From a virus (lineage: Duplodnaviria > Caudoviricetes): a stretch of 64,000 nucleotides of DNA. This document shows positions 39,701-48,933 of this stretch, piece after piece. The position numbers and the translations under genes are program-made. The number at the start of each line of letters is the position of its first letter. Within the stretch, counting starts at the first letter, position 1. The stretch lies in the IMG/VR virus record IMGVR_UViG_3300020048_000087, positions 1 through 64,000 of that record, one strand, 5' to 3'. The notes beneath the pieces were generated by a model. It worked only from the letters and a program-made list of their open reading frames with translations. It ran no database searches and was not told the origin of the DNA.

Positions 39701-42700
39701 TTCTCAAGTCTTCATATTGGAAACATTCGTCTCTAGTTTGATTAATCACCGAACCCATTGAGGGCATTGGGTATATAGTATTACCATCTTTTGAACGAAC
39801 ATACACACTCCAAGGGATTATACTCAAATCTCGAAATTCATTATGAGGGTCAAATGTTTTTATCCCTGATATTGATGTTGTGTCAACATATTTTAATTCC
39901 ACACCAAATTTATCAATACCTGATTGAATTCCCGTATCGGTATAACCACTGAATGGTTCAAACCCTTGATAAAATACGTTGAAATCATTAATTAATTTAG
40001 GATAAAACCCCGTATTAATTAACGTTGAGGTATCAGCCCCAAACGTACTATTTTTTTCTAAAATAATATCAATAGAACCCCCATCTACAGTTAAAGAATA
40101 ATCTTTAGTTGTTGCAGAAGTTATTGGGTCAAAATTAGTTACATAATCAAAGTTTTTCCAAACACTATCTAAAATATCAACACCACTATTAACATATTTC
40201 TTATAACGATGCCATACTGAACCCAACTTAACAATCCAAGCATAAGGTAAATTATGTAACGCCCCAAATTTCTTTAATGACGCGAAGATATAATCAAGGT
40301 CCTCACTAACGCCATTATCGTATTTTTTATATTTTTCCCTTAACGTTGACAACGGCAAACTATTTAAGAATAGATAACCGGCCGAAATAAATGGTGTTTT
40401 ATCATATTTTCTAAAGTTAGATATTCCCTCTTGAATTGAATTAACAAAATATGGGGTATTAAACATAGATATTGTCTGATTAGGACTAACATAACCACTA
40501 TAATTAAAATAATTTAAATTACCTTCAGTTATTAATTGTTTATCCGGCGTTCTTGAATCATAAAATTCTTTTAAAGTTGCACTATCTTCAGGAGCCGGAG
40601 TTATAATAGGTTCCGCAAGATAAACAAAATTAGTTATAGGATTTCGAGTTAAACCATCACCAAAATTAGAAATAACTTTTAGTTCTTTATTAAAAGTTAA
40701 TACTTTAGTCGTATTAAATGCGTCTTTACTCTTTGAGAATGTTGCACTACTCGATAAATAATTTTTACACCAATCAGTATCGGTAAATGGATAAGTATCT
40801 AAAATATCAAAAACATTACTTTTAGTTGAACCTGTTAAATAATCCAACAAATCATCTTCTTTAGATAAACTTGTTAATGGTTTTGATAACGAGTTTAGTA
40901 TAACGGCAGTATCTAAAAATATAAAATTATCCGAGATTGATAATTGATTCAAATACGGTGTATTATAAATTCCTCTAATATAATTCTGCCAACTAACCCC
41001 AACACCTTGATTTGAGATATGTTCTAAGACTTTTACAAAATTCTGAGAACTTAATGAATATTCTTTTAATTTTTTAATTAAGAATGGATTTTCGTCACCT
41101 AAACTTTCCATAATATTTTTTAATTCACCCTCAGCAATTAAATTCGCCATTTTATCAGCACTAGGGGTAAAATTATTAGACCTATTTAACCTAGAATTAT
41201 ACGACATTGATAAAATCCTTTCAAATAACTCATAAAAAAACTTCACCTCTTCTTTATTCTGATAAACGGTATTCGATATTGGAAATTCGATAGCATTTAA
41301 ACTAATTCTTTTAACATCGGTAACCTCATTAAACTTAGGGGTCGCTAATTGAGGTTCAACCGCTCTTAACGTATAACCTTTTAAAAATTCTTCAACAAAT
41401 TCTATTTCAGGCCAAACATTTAATAAATTACCATTAGTGTCACCTATTACATCTTTATCCCCAGGATACTTAAATTCAAATTTTTCGTGACCATCTTCAC
41501 CACTTGTTGCAACCATATATGTCGGCCAAGGATAAACGGGTAATAATTCATTAACACCTGAACTAATATTATCAGGACTTGCATTTGAAATTGTTTTATT
41601 AAAAATTGGTTTTTGTCTTAAAGGGTTTAATCTCTCATCCCAAGCGTCGGAATGTACATTATCCATTAACCTTAAAAACCCCTCCCCATTTGCGAATACC
41701 ACCGCTAGTACATTTCTAATTGACGGAACAAATCCAATACCATTATCACTACTTTGTAGTAATTTAGCCAAAGCCTCAGTTAATTCTTCTTGGATTTTTT
41801 CTCTCCATTTTTTAACATCGGCCGCCATTTTTTCAATACCATCGTTAAAACTATTTTTACCTTCAAAATAAAACCAATCAAATTTTTGTTCAGTTTTACC
41901 ATCTTTTACCACAATAGTTTGGTCATTTAAATATTTTTTTTCAAGTAGTTCAATTTTAAACGCAGCTAACACCGCATCATCATTGGTCGCAACACCTTTT
42001 ATTTGTTTATAAGTCTCTTTAACATTAAGTTGTTCATCAGTAAATGAAATTTTAAAAACATCATCTTTAATCTCAAAAGGAATACTAGAATTTGTCGTTT
42101 TACCATCAATAGTGTATTTACCATCAATACCTAAAGTTTCATTTTCCGTTAAAATTTTACGATATTCCTGAACTATAGATTCTAATTTAGTTATTGCGTT
42201 GGCTCTATCTGTTGGTGTTTTAATTTCAGGTTTAAACGTATAAACTTTAAACTTACCCCCTAAATTATTTTGAGATATAGAATTCAATTCATTATATTTT
42301 TCAAGATTTCCAGGTGGGACAATTTTATTCCCACTAGCATCAAGAACCGTTAAACTCTCCTTTAAACTTGAAACTGAACCCAAATTTGGGTCATCAATAA
42401 TTAAAAAATTAATATTATCTAAATTTGTTGTAAACCAAGACGTTAATTCCATATACGTCTTACTTTTAAACTCATTAAGTTTTTTTTGATATAAATCTAC
42501 ATTGGTTAAGGCGTCTAAATTTTGTTTACTAAACGAATCTAAAATATTTTTAACAAAATTTTCAAGATTGTTCTTTAATCGAGATAGCGTTAATTCAGGA
42601 AAATCATCAGGTATTAAACCTTTAGTTTTATATTCAGTATAAACTTCTTTAACTTTTTGAAATCCTCGAGTCGCTGTCACATCAGTCACATTTGTTAAAT

Positions 42701-43502
42701 TACCGGGGGCCCCTGTTGTTGTTTTAACCGATATTCTTGAGGTATACATATGTGGAACCGCCAATAAATACCCCATAGACACCTCAGCAATTGCACTAAA
42801 CTGATATGTATGGAATACTAACTCAATAACAAAATTACTTGAGTTTGAGTCATAACGAGCGTTAAATGACCTTAACAATAATTTATATTTTATCGCTTTA
42901 CCATAATAACCTTTAACCGTTAATTCAAACAAAGGATAAGGCATATTAAAAAAGGCCGCGTAAGGTGAATTATTACCCGCTTCAAATAACGCTCTCCCTT
43001 TAACATCAACTAAAGTCACATTAAAAGTCGGCATAAAGTCCAAACCTTGTCGAATCGTAATATTAGTAATCCCCAACAACCCATTATCAGTTGCCTTTGC
43101 CTCACCATTTGACGTAATACTTGACCTTAAATAAACATCATCAGCAACATTCGGATTTTTAACCGATGTTTGTTTAGGTTGATTAACCCCTTTACCTTGT
43201 AAAGAATTTGCACCTGTTATTTCATCGGTATAACTATTATCCAAAAATTCTTTCCCACCGGGTTTAATAAAATTAATTGACGCTATTGATAAATTCTGAA
43301 CCCTATCATTACCCGCAACACCGGCAGCCAATTTAGTTCTAGGTAACAATTTACACTCTAAATTAGCGTACATCACCAAATTTTCCTGACTTACATATCG
43401 TTCTTTACCTTTACCATCATCACCTAAAACTTTATTAGGGTCAACGATTATAATGTTGTTGTAGTCAAAATCGACTAATATGTTTTCTGTTTTATCTACC
43501 AT
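36780..43502 (-). CDS. 2240-aa baseplate hub-like protein (gp27/late-control D-like) with possible degenerate GH73-like C-terminus
   Basis: CTISMMGNALIQPTMYFNL...GPYMITSVNHTI hub motif; follows the LysM/gp53-like gene. Confidence 0.6.
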   Translation of the reverse strand: MVDKTENILVDFDYNNIIIVDPNKVLGDDGKGKERYVSQENLVMYANLECKLLPRTKLAAGVAGNDRVQNLSIASINFIKPGGKEFLDNSYTDEITGANSLQGKGVNQPKQTSVKNPNVADDVYLRSSITSNGEAKATDNGLLGITNITIRQGLDFMPTFNVTLVDVKGRALFEAGNNSPYAAFFNMPYPLFELTVKGYYGKAIKYKLLLRSFNARYDSNSSNFVIELVFHTYQFSAIAEVSMGYLLAVPHMYTSRISVKTTTGAPGNLTNVTDVTATRGFQKVKEVYTEYKTKGLIPDDFPELTLSRLKNNLENFVKNILDSFSKQNLDALTNVDLYQKKLNEFKSKTYMELTSWFTTNLDNINFLIIDDPNLGSVSSLKESLTVLDASGNKIVPPGNLEKYNELNSISQNNLGGKFKVYTFKPEIKTPTDRANAITKLESIVQEYRKILTENETLGIDGKYTIDGKTTNSSIPFEIKDDVFKISFTDEQLNVKETYKQIKGVATNDDAVLAAFKIELLEKKYLNDQTIVVKDGKTEQKFDWFYFEGKNSFNDGIEKMAADVKKWREKIQEELTEALAKLLQSSDNGIGFVPSIRNVLAVVFANGEGFLRLMDNVHSDAWDERLNPLRQKPIFNKTISNASPDNISSGVNELLPVYPWPTYMVATSGEDGHEKFEFKYPGDKDVIGDTNGNLLNVWPEIEFVEEFLKGYTLRAVEPQLATPKFNEVTDVKRISLNAIEFPISNTVYQNKEEVKFFYELFERILSMSYNSRLNRSNNFTPSADKMANLIAEGELKNIMESLGDENPFLIKKLKEYSLSSQNFVKVLEHISNQGVGVSWQNYIRGIYNTPYLNQLSISDNFIFLDTAVILNSLSKPLTSLSKEDDLLDYLTGSTKSNVFDILDTYPFTDTDWCKNYLSSSATFSKSKDAFNTTKVLTFNKELKVISNFGDGLTRNPITNFVYLAEPIITPAPEDSATLKEFYDSRTPDKQLITEGNLNYFNYSGYVSPNQTISMFNTPYFVNSIQEGISNFRKYDKTPFISAGYLFLNSLPLSTLREKYKKYDNGVSEDLDYIFASLKKFGALHNLPYAWIVKLGSVWHRYKKYVNSGVDILDSVWKNFDYVTNFDPITSATTKDYSLTVDGGSIDIILEKNSTFGADTSTLINTGFYPKLINDFNVFYQGFEPFSGYTDTGIQSGIDKFGVELKYVDTTSISGIKTFDPHNEFRDLSIIPWSVYVRSKDGNTIYPMPSMGSVINQTRDECFQYEDLRIEVTGNTSMYNGSVRTFWAAPTYGYFNSGKVMKPNPTQYLKEILTGSTVQPNFSIKGNVTKYSDISEMFSVFETNILDMFETKFLDFCKSKYDIDEKVDYGWNFQKLMGDMMKTPKQTGDTSSDIVEKIQKEQMTNINNVLKKFITSSVYIKYGNPSNFDKRLFYTFSNYSLTDSYTWEKYESVTPNALPSYGGSVTLASSKVSYPNEWKALETYVGYSEIGPLMYGNNGSYITDFFLDFNVAFTEYNIKTFAPIIKVYATQKLTETVSNTSLPPSTQNKNSTAILQDGNTIEIFLGPGPKKTAVLFGPNNVFIDSIPSAYQQNDLVLFDELIISHYGPLGIQENPIVSKKIRSKKLIKQPVPKSNFNETNFRGLMDDYVISSSSFLDKALNNLMLRLQVSLPNVNNTPQQIVDSVLESSQGKLDHWSSFKSLNDKWIAGADVSNKTFFEDVLLMDRASRNIGDKIIVDIYKLKANLDSLFGDGAKGDMLGFVKTILSDNNFVVMDLPAYVNFYNVQDAVKNANPRPEGTLEFANTLFGTFMNADTRASSAKMVCFYGGKGSEQLDIKNVDFKFRDDAFDIRKSSDNPLLENQMGKTDWDKSNKVVGFNVDIGPQNQSIFYGFNVGQQNGKPTAESLEVENMMANQANGKSSATQNISLFNIYKNRSYTCTISMMGNALIQPTMYFNLRHVPMFQGPYMITSVNHTIGPGVFETIIEGIRQPTASLPKLGNYIQSLKTNLLASIVEKNKQKQDADPIKTMANSVGGTSQNQAENAVASTSKDGTLENSNSCSELLSDKYKKYTPVDTPELTNVNTKDLVTKIMSRMVSANVTDDNKLKYVVFASILLSSNGNGFSNNLSGVDLSRDWGPIDSFEKSYYCMKRGGTTLLPYAVFSSVDKNIDMLISRYEKRMSKVIANSSGQLSPSIAEFWFLNRLPNDGSVQVTDWMSMSTTDRDNIIGKVESSINLFNSANV

Positions 43503-43818
43503 AATAAAAGAAATGAGTTTCTAACTGAGAGTTATAATCCTGTAATGAAGCTACTAAAGGAAAAGGAATTGTCAATATAGAACCATCAGAAATGTTCCAT
43601 TCTTGTCCACCATACTTAGGATTCGCAGCCAATACCAACCATCCAAAATAAGGTGTGTTATAATATTGTTGAGATATTTTATCAAGTCTTGATTGTCCTA
43701 CCTTATAAATGTATCGTTTATCAGTACTTTTACTTGGCAAATCAACATAAGGGACAACGGTTTGTTCTCCATTTATAACAAATTTATTATATCTATTATA
43801 ATATTGTTTTCCACTCAT
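43492..43818 (-). CDS. LysM / gp53 / tail-X-like baseplate protein
   Basis: YKVGQSRLDKISQQYYNTPYFGWLVLAAN...LTIP pattern. Confidence 0.75.
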   Translation of the reverse strand: MSGKQYYNRYNKFVINGEQTVVPYVDLPSKSTDKRYIYKVGQSRLDKISQQYYNTPYFGWLVLAANPKYGGQEWNISDGSILTIPFPLVASLQDYNSQLETHFFYYGR

Positions 43819-43820
43819 TT

Positions 43821-46800
43821 TTAATTAAATTTAATTTTACCATCAAAGGTATCTAAGTCACTTATTAGTGACGGGTCACCTTTATATAAATTAGTTATTT
43901 CTGTTTTTTGTTGACTTTCTTTCGCAGCATCAGGAACCGTAGTAAAATTAAAAACCCTTGATTTACCTTTCTTGTATAAAAGTTCCTCAATACCATCAGT
44001 AAATTTTAAAAAATCAGAATTTTTCTTAAATTTTTCAAAGGCCTTTTCTTCCGCCTTTATTTCTTTAGTATAGTCGGACGCTAAATCATCCACAACATTC
44101 TCAAAAACTCTTTTAAGTTTTTTATTTGCCGTTGTAATATTTTGAGTTAAAACCGAACTATTAAACTCAGTCACTTTATTTTTATCGGTAAATAATCTAC
44201 CAATAACCATAAAGAAAGTTTGATTTTCTTGACCACCATCTAATTTAAATGGTGTGAATTCACCCATCGCAACAACTTTTGGTGGTAATATTGGTGGTCC
44301 ATCCCTATCATCGGATAATACTGTTAAATAACTTTCTAATTGAATATACACATTTGTAAAATCCCCCGTTAACTCATCATAAGTATTAGCATAAACTGTG
44401 TTAGTACCTGTTGGTGATGATTTATCGGTTTCAGTTAGACTATATATCTTAATTGAACCACTATCCCCAATTTTACCATCAGTTTTTGAATTAATAACAT
44501 TAACTTTTCTAATGTTCTGAATATATTCGACTTGTTGTTGACCTAATTTAGTATTAACAATACCATTTAAACTATTTAACATATCATTCTTAACTCTAAG
44601 AAGATAACGTGTTAAATTACTACGTAAAACACTTAAAGTGTTAGGGTCATTAATGTCTTTTTTCAAAAGCTTAGCAATAATCGGATTTGTCCCACTTTCA
44701 ATATCATCAATCGCCTTTTTGAATAATAAATCTAATGATTGTGCCAAATCAATTGGTTTACCAAAAATTTGAGTTGCGTTATTGGTTGGGAGTGGACCAG
44801 TTTTAACGGTTCCTTTAAAGTATTGTCGTTTATCACTTATCGTTTGTAAAATACCATAATTAGTTTGTGTAACTATCTCGTTTAAAGAGTTATATGTGTT
44901 ATTAAAATATGTTTTACTATCATCCAATAATTTATCCATAATTTTCATATAACTAATCTCACCGGTTTCACCACTCGTTACAATTGTTGTTGTTTTTATC
45001 TCACCAATAGTTGACCCAGCATCGTTAGTTTGTTGTACAGCATCTGAATTATCAACAGTAACAGGGGGTTGTTGAGCAACTATCGCATCAACTACCATTT
45101 TATCTAAAACTGACGTATCTTCAGTCCAAGTTGCTCTTTCGTCATATATTTCAGTATTACCATAATAATTGAATGATAATGCGTTTTGTAATTGTTCTAC
45201 AGGTTTCGCTAACCCCATACCACCAATTATCTTAAAACTTAAAGTTACTTTAGCAATCATTGGTTGGAGACCAATACCTTCCGGGTTCATATCAAGGACT
45301 AACGGGTCATAAGAGAAACTAAGAGCTTCAGGGATTATTTTAGTGTGATAGAAGTCACCAATTCTTAAAACTAAGACAGGTGGAGCACCAAATGATGTGT
45401 TAAATGCGTCAGAAACTTTTGGTTTACCATCACTACCAATAATTGGTATTGTTTCACCAGGTCTAACACATTGATTTAAGAATGTTAAACGAGCATTTAA
45501 ACCTTCAGGTGTCATCGAGTGGAATGCCGGATTAAAATATTTAATCTTTTCTTTAATAGAATTATACAACATCGGTGATTTCTCTTCAATAACTTCAAAA
45601 TAATCACATTCCGATAATAAATTTCTTAATATTTTTTTAGAAATCCCTTCTTTAATTTTTTGTACTATAGATTTTGTTGGTTCAGGTCGTTTAATCGGTA
45701 ATGTCTCAGTACTACCATTAGTATTCGTAACCACAACATCTGGTTTTAACGTTGTTGGTGGAGCTTGTGGCGTTGGTTTAACCGTTATAGTTTTTACCTT
45801 AACCCTACGACAAGCCATCGCATTTGTCGCATAGACTTCATAAATTGATTTAGTCATTTTTGGACCAGGAAAATCAGATTTAAGGTTAACCGTACAATCA
45901 ACATCACTTCCCGTACCTGAATCTTCTTTCCCTTCAACTACTTTACCATCAGCACCTAACTCTTTCCCCATTTTAGGTATAACAGTATTCTCACCCGTTC
46001 CTTTAGTATTAATAATTTTAATTTTACCATCGGCAAAAAACTTTTCTAAGGTTTTATCCCCCATAGGTTGACTCTTTAAAAAAGAAGTAATAGCGTCAAT
46101 ACGTCTTTCAGATAATTGTTTGTTATAAGCCGGACTAGCAACTGCCGATGCTGAACCTTCTAATTCGATAGTTATTGTTCCTAAACCTTTACTTAAAATA
46201 TCATAAGCATCAGTAATGAAATTTTTATCACCACCAGCAAATTTATTGTAATTAGTTTTGACAATCCTATCAAAGAATGATTTAACATTTCTATTAACAT
46301 TCCCATCTTTAAACGCTGATTCCGCATTTTTAACATATTTTTCAATATTACTATCACTAATGTAAGAATCATAAGTTCCTTGGTATTTGGTATTACTTAC
46401 AGAAGTACCCGCCTTACCCGGTATGTCATTATCAAAATAAAATGCGAAATCAAGGTATTCATTTTCAAACGCCTGAATTGAAGAATCCGGAACAACTTCT
46501 TTCTTAGAATTACCTCCAACTTCCCCTTTAGTCCCTGTAGAATTATCTTTAGGTATTTCTTGAATAATTTGACCAACAATCTCCTCATTAGTTAATTGTG
46601 GATTACTTAATATTTCCTGATATGTATACAAATCCTTAGTTGGAATCGTATTAAACTTTATTGCTAATTTATATATGTCAAATTTCACACAACCCGCAAA
46701 AAACGAGTCAATGATTGAATCTATACGTTCTTTTGTTTGACCCTTTAATTGTTTTTCAACCACAGTATTCATAACCGATGGGTGGTCAACTATTATTTTC

Positions 46801-48899
46801 CAAGATAAATTACCACTTCTACTAGTTTCTTTATAAGTATAAATTGGTTCAGGTCTACCTAAGAAACTTGTTGAATTCCACATTGCTTGACTTGAATCTG
46901 AAAATTGTAAATCATATGGTGGGAACCACATAACTCTACCCCCATTCGGTCCTTTCTCACAAACAGGTAACTCATCATAAGTATAACCCGGTCTACTTGA
47001 TGTTCTCCAAGCTAAATTCTCTATTGAGAACATATATTTTTTAGCATACCCTCCTTTACCTCCGGCATCACCTGAAATAATATTCGTTGACCCAGGATTT
47101 TTAAGAGGGGCAATATTAAGATTATAAGTATTATCTAAAACAGAGTTAGTGAATCTTCTACCATCCGTAGTTATACCATCCGTCTTTTGTAAATCAGCAT
47201 AAGTGTAATAAGGAGTATCTTTCGTAAATACACGACAATACTCAATACCTTTTTCACCACCGGTAGTATCATCTTTATATGATACCACTTGTGAACCTTT
47301 AGTCATTTCTTTATAACCATCATTGAATACTTTACTAACTTGATTCATTGCGTTACCGACGTGTTTCAATCGACTAACTCCAGAAACGTTATCCGCAGAA
47401 TCAATAATTCTCTGAGTATTATCTAATATAGAATTCTCTTTAAAGGTTAGACTTGTCGATTCACCCTTATTATATTGACTACTAATAGAACTAAACCCTT
47501 CATCGCTACTACCTGTACCACCTCCCGGTGTTGCGTGGAGTCCGGCCGCGGATTTGTATTTTGGTGAAGTCCAAATAAAACCACCATCAGTACCACCACC
47601 ATCACTTAATGATTTACCAGCTAAACCAAAATTTAACTTACCATCATTACCTTCAAATAGAATACCCAATTCAGACGGACCATAAACAGGTGTTTGAACT
47701 TGTTCTCCATAAGGATTTACAGGTATTTGATTTGGGGGTGAGGTTATTGAACTTGGTTCCGCATTAGTACTACCAACATAATATCCACCCGTTAAAGTAC
47801 CATTAGGGTTAATTAAACTAACCGCCAAATTAACGATTGCTTGAGCAACCCCTAAGATACCACCAAAATCTTTTTTATATCCCGGTTGATATCTATTAAA
47901 ATCTAAATTACTAAATAATACAGACCTTTGACCATTACCCGTATTCGCTAAAAATATTTGAGAAGGATTACGTTTCTTATTTAATATAGGCCCTAAAAAC
48001 CCACCCGTTAATTGATTAATAACGTTTAAAGCGTTTGAGGTTTGTTGTGTTTGTTGACCACCTTTAGTATTTTCGTCAAAATAATCACCAGGTATAAACG
48101 ATACGGGCCAATAAGCTCCCGAGATACGTGTGGCAAAATCGAACGCCGCTACTACAGGTGATTCAGGAACCGTTATCCTCCAATTACGATATATAAGGGG
48201 TTCTTTACCTGTAACCAATAAACTAGCTTCAAAAGGGTCCGATAATGATTCTAAATTAACCTTACCAATTGTTGCTTGATATATCTCAGCATTAATTCTT
48301 TCTTTAAATAAGAAATTTAATTGTTTAGCTCCTAATTTAGCGATAAACGAATCTTGAGACAATGAACCATCACTACCTGTTGGATTGTCAGATAATAATA
48401 TATCATATGGTGTATAAATTGAAGGTACGAATGTTGAAATGCCATAAGGTAGAAAGTAATGTGAGTTATTACTAGTTTCCCCAACATTATAAACGTTGGT
48501 ATAACCACCATTAGGTATAAACAAATTTTTAAGTGCCGGTGAGGTAACCGATTTATTTAAATATAAATCGTTACTTAATAATAACGTACTTTGATTTGGG
48601 GAATAGGGTCCTTGATTTGGTTTGATAGGTAATAGAGGTCCATTATAGGTTATATTAATATTATACCCACCGTTTGGACCATAGGCATTTAACGGATACG
48701 CTTTTTTAGCGTACGGGTCATTCGCAATTAAATCATTAGGTGAATCAACCACCGGGAATTGTGATAATACAACTTCATAATTTAATGGTCCTGAAGGTGG
48801 TGTATAACCACCAATAACACTATACGTTGATAGGTTTTTGGCCATCAACGCATTTCTAAAAGATGAGGTTGAAGCAAATGATAATGTACTATTCGGCAT
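43821..48899 (-). CDS. Baseplate/tail-tube initiator-like protein with embedded OmpA-like domain
   Basis: Tube-initiator-like segments (FPPYDLQFSDSSQAMWNSTSFLGRPEPIYTY; PPVLVLRIGDF...KVTLSF) flank IELEGSASAVASPAYNKQLSERR...TKGTGE...RRVKV. Confidence 0.6.
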   Translation of the reverse strand: MPNSTLSFASTSSFRNALMAKNLSTYSVIGGYTPPSGPLNYEVVLSQFPVVDSPNDLIANDPYAKKAYPLNAYGPNGGYNINITYNGPLLPIKPNQGPYSPNQSTLLLSNDLYLNKSVTSPALKNLFIPNGGYTNVYNVGETSNNSHYFLPYGISTFVPSIYTPYDILLSDNPTGSDGSLSQDSFIAKLGAKQLNFLFKERINAEIYQATIGKVNLESLSDPFEASLLVTGKEPLIYRNWRITVPESPVVAAFDFATRISGAYWPVSFIPGDYFDENTKGGQQTQQTSNALNVINQLTGGFLGPILNKKRNPSQIFLANTGNGQRSVLFSNLDFNRYQPGYKKDFGGILGVAQAIVNLAVSLINPNGTLTGGYYVGSTNAEPSSITSPPNQIPVNPYGEQVQTPVYGPSELGILFEGNDGKLNFGLAGKSLSDGGGTDGGFIWTSPKYKSAAGLHATPGGGTGSSDEGFSSISSQYNKGESTSLTFKENSILDNTQRIIDSADNVSGVSRLKHVGNAMNQVSKVFNDGYKEMTKGSQVVSYKDDTTGGEKGIEYCRVFTKDTPYYTYADLQKTDGITTDGRRFTNSVLDNTYNLNIAPLKNPGSTNIISGDAGGKGGYAKKYMFSIENLAWRTSSRPGYTYDELPVCEKGPNGGRVMWFPPYDLQFSDSSQAMWNSTSFLGRPEPIYTYKETSRSGNLSWKIIVDHPSVMNTVVEKQLKGQTKERIDSIIDSFFAGCVKFDIYKLAIKFNTIPTKDLYTYQEILSNPQLTNEEIVGQIIQEIPKDNSTGTKGEVGGNSKKEVVPDSSIQAFENEYLDFAFYFDNDIPGKAGTSVSNTKYQGTYDSYISDSNIEKYVKNAESAFKDGNVNRNVKSFFDRIVKTNYNKFAGGDKNFITDAYDILSKGLGTITIELEGSASAVASPAYNKQLSERRIDAITSFLKSQPMGDKTLEKFFADGKIKIINTKGTGENTVIPKMGKELGADGKVVEGKEDSGTGSDVDCTVNLKSDFPGPKMTKSIYEVYATNAMACRRVKVKTITVKPTPQAPPTTLKPDVVVTNTNGSTETLPIKRPEPTKSIVQKIKEGISKKILRNLLSECDYFEVIEEKSPMLYNSIKEKIKYFNPAFHSMTPEGLNARLTFLNQCVRPGETIPIIGSDGKPKVSDAFNTSFGAPPVLVLRIGDFYHTKIIPEALSFSYDPLVLDMNPEGIGLQPMIAKVTLSFKIIGGMGLAKPVEQLQNALSFNYYGNTEIYDERATWTEDTSVLDKMVVDAIVAQQPPVTVDNSDAVQQTNDAGSTIGEIKTTTIVTSGETGEISYMKIMDKLLDDSKTYFNNTYNSLNEIVTQTNYGILQTISDKRQYFKGTVKTGPLPTNNATQIFGKPIDLAQSLDLLFKKAIDDIESGTNPIIAKLLKKDINDPNTLSVLRSNLTRYLLRVKNDMLNSLNGIVNTKLGQQQVEYIQNIRKVNVINSKTDGKIGDSGSIKIYSLTETDKSSPTGTNTVYANTYDELTGDFTNVYIQLESYLTVLSDDRDGPPILPPKVVAMGEFTPFKLDGGQENQTFFMVIGRLFTDKNKVTEFNSSVLTQNITTANKKLKRVFENVVDDLASDYTKEIKAEEKAFEKFKKNSDFLKFTDGIEELLYKKGKSRVFNFTTVPDAAKESQQKTEITNLYKGDPSLISDLDTFDGKIKFN

Positions 48900-48933
48900 T
48901 GTTTATTTAGTTTTTATATAAATAGAACGTTTA

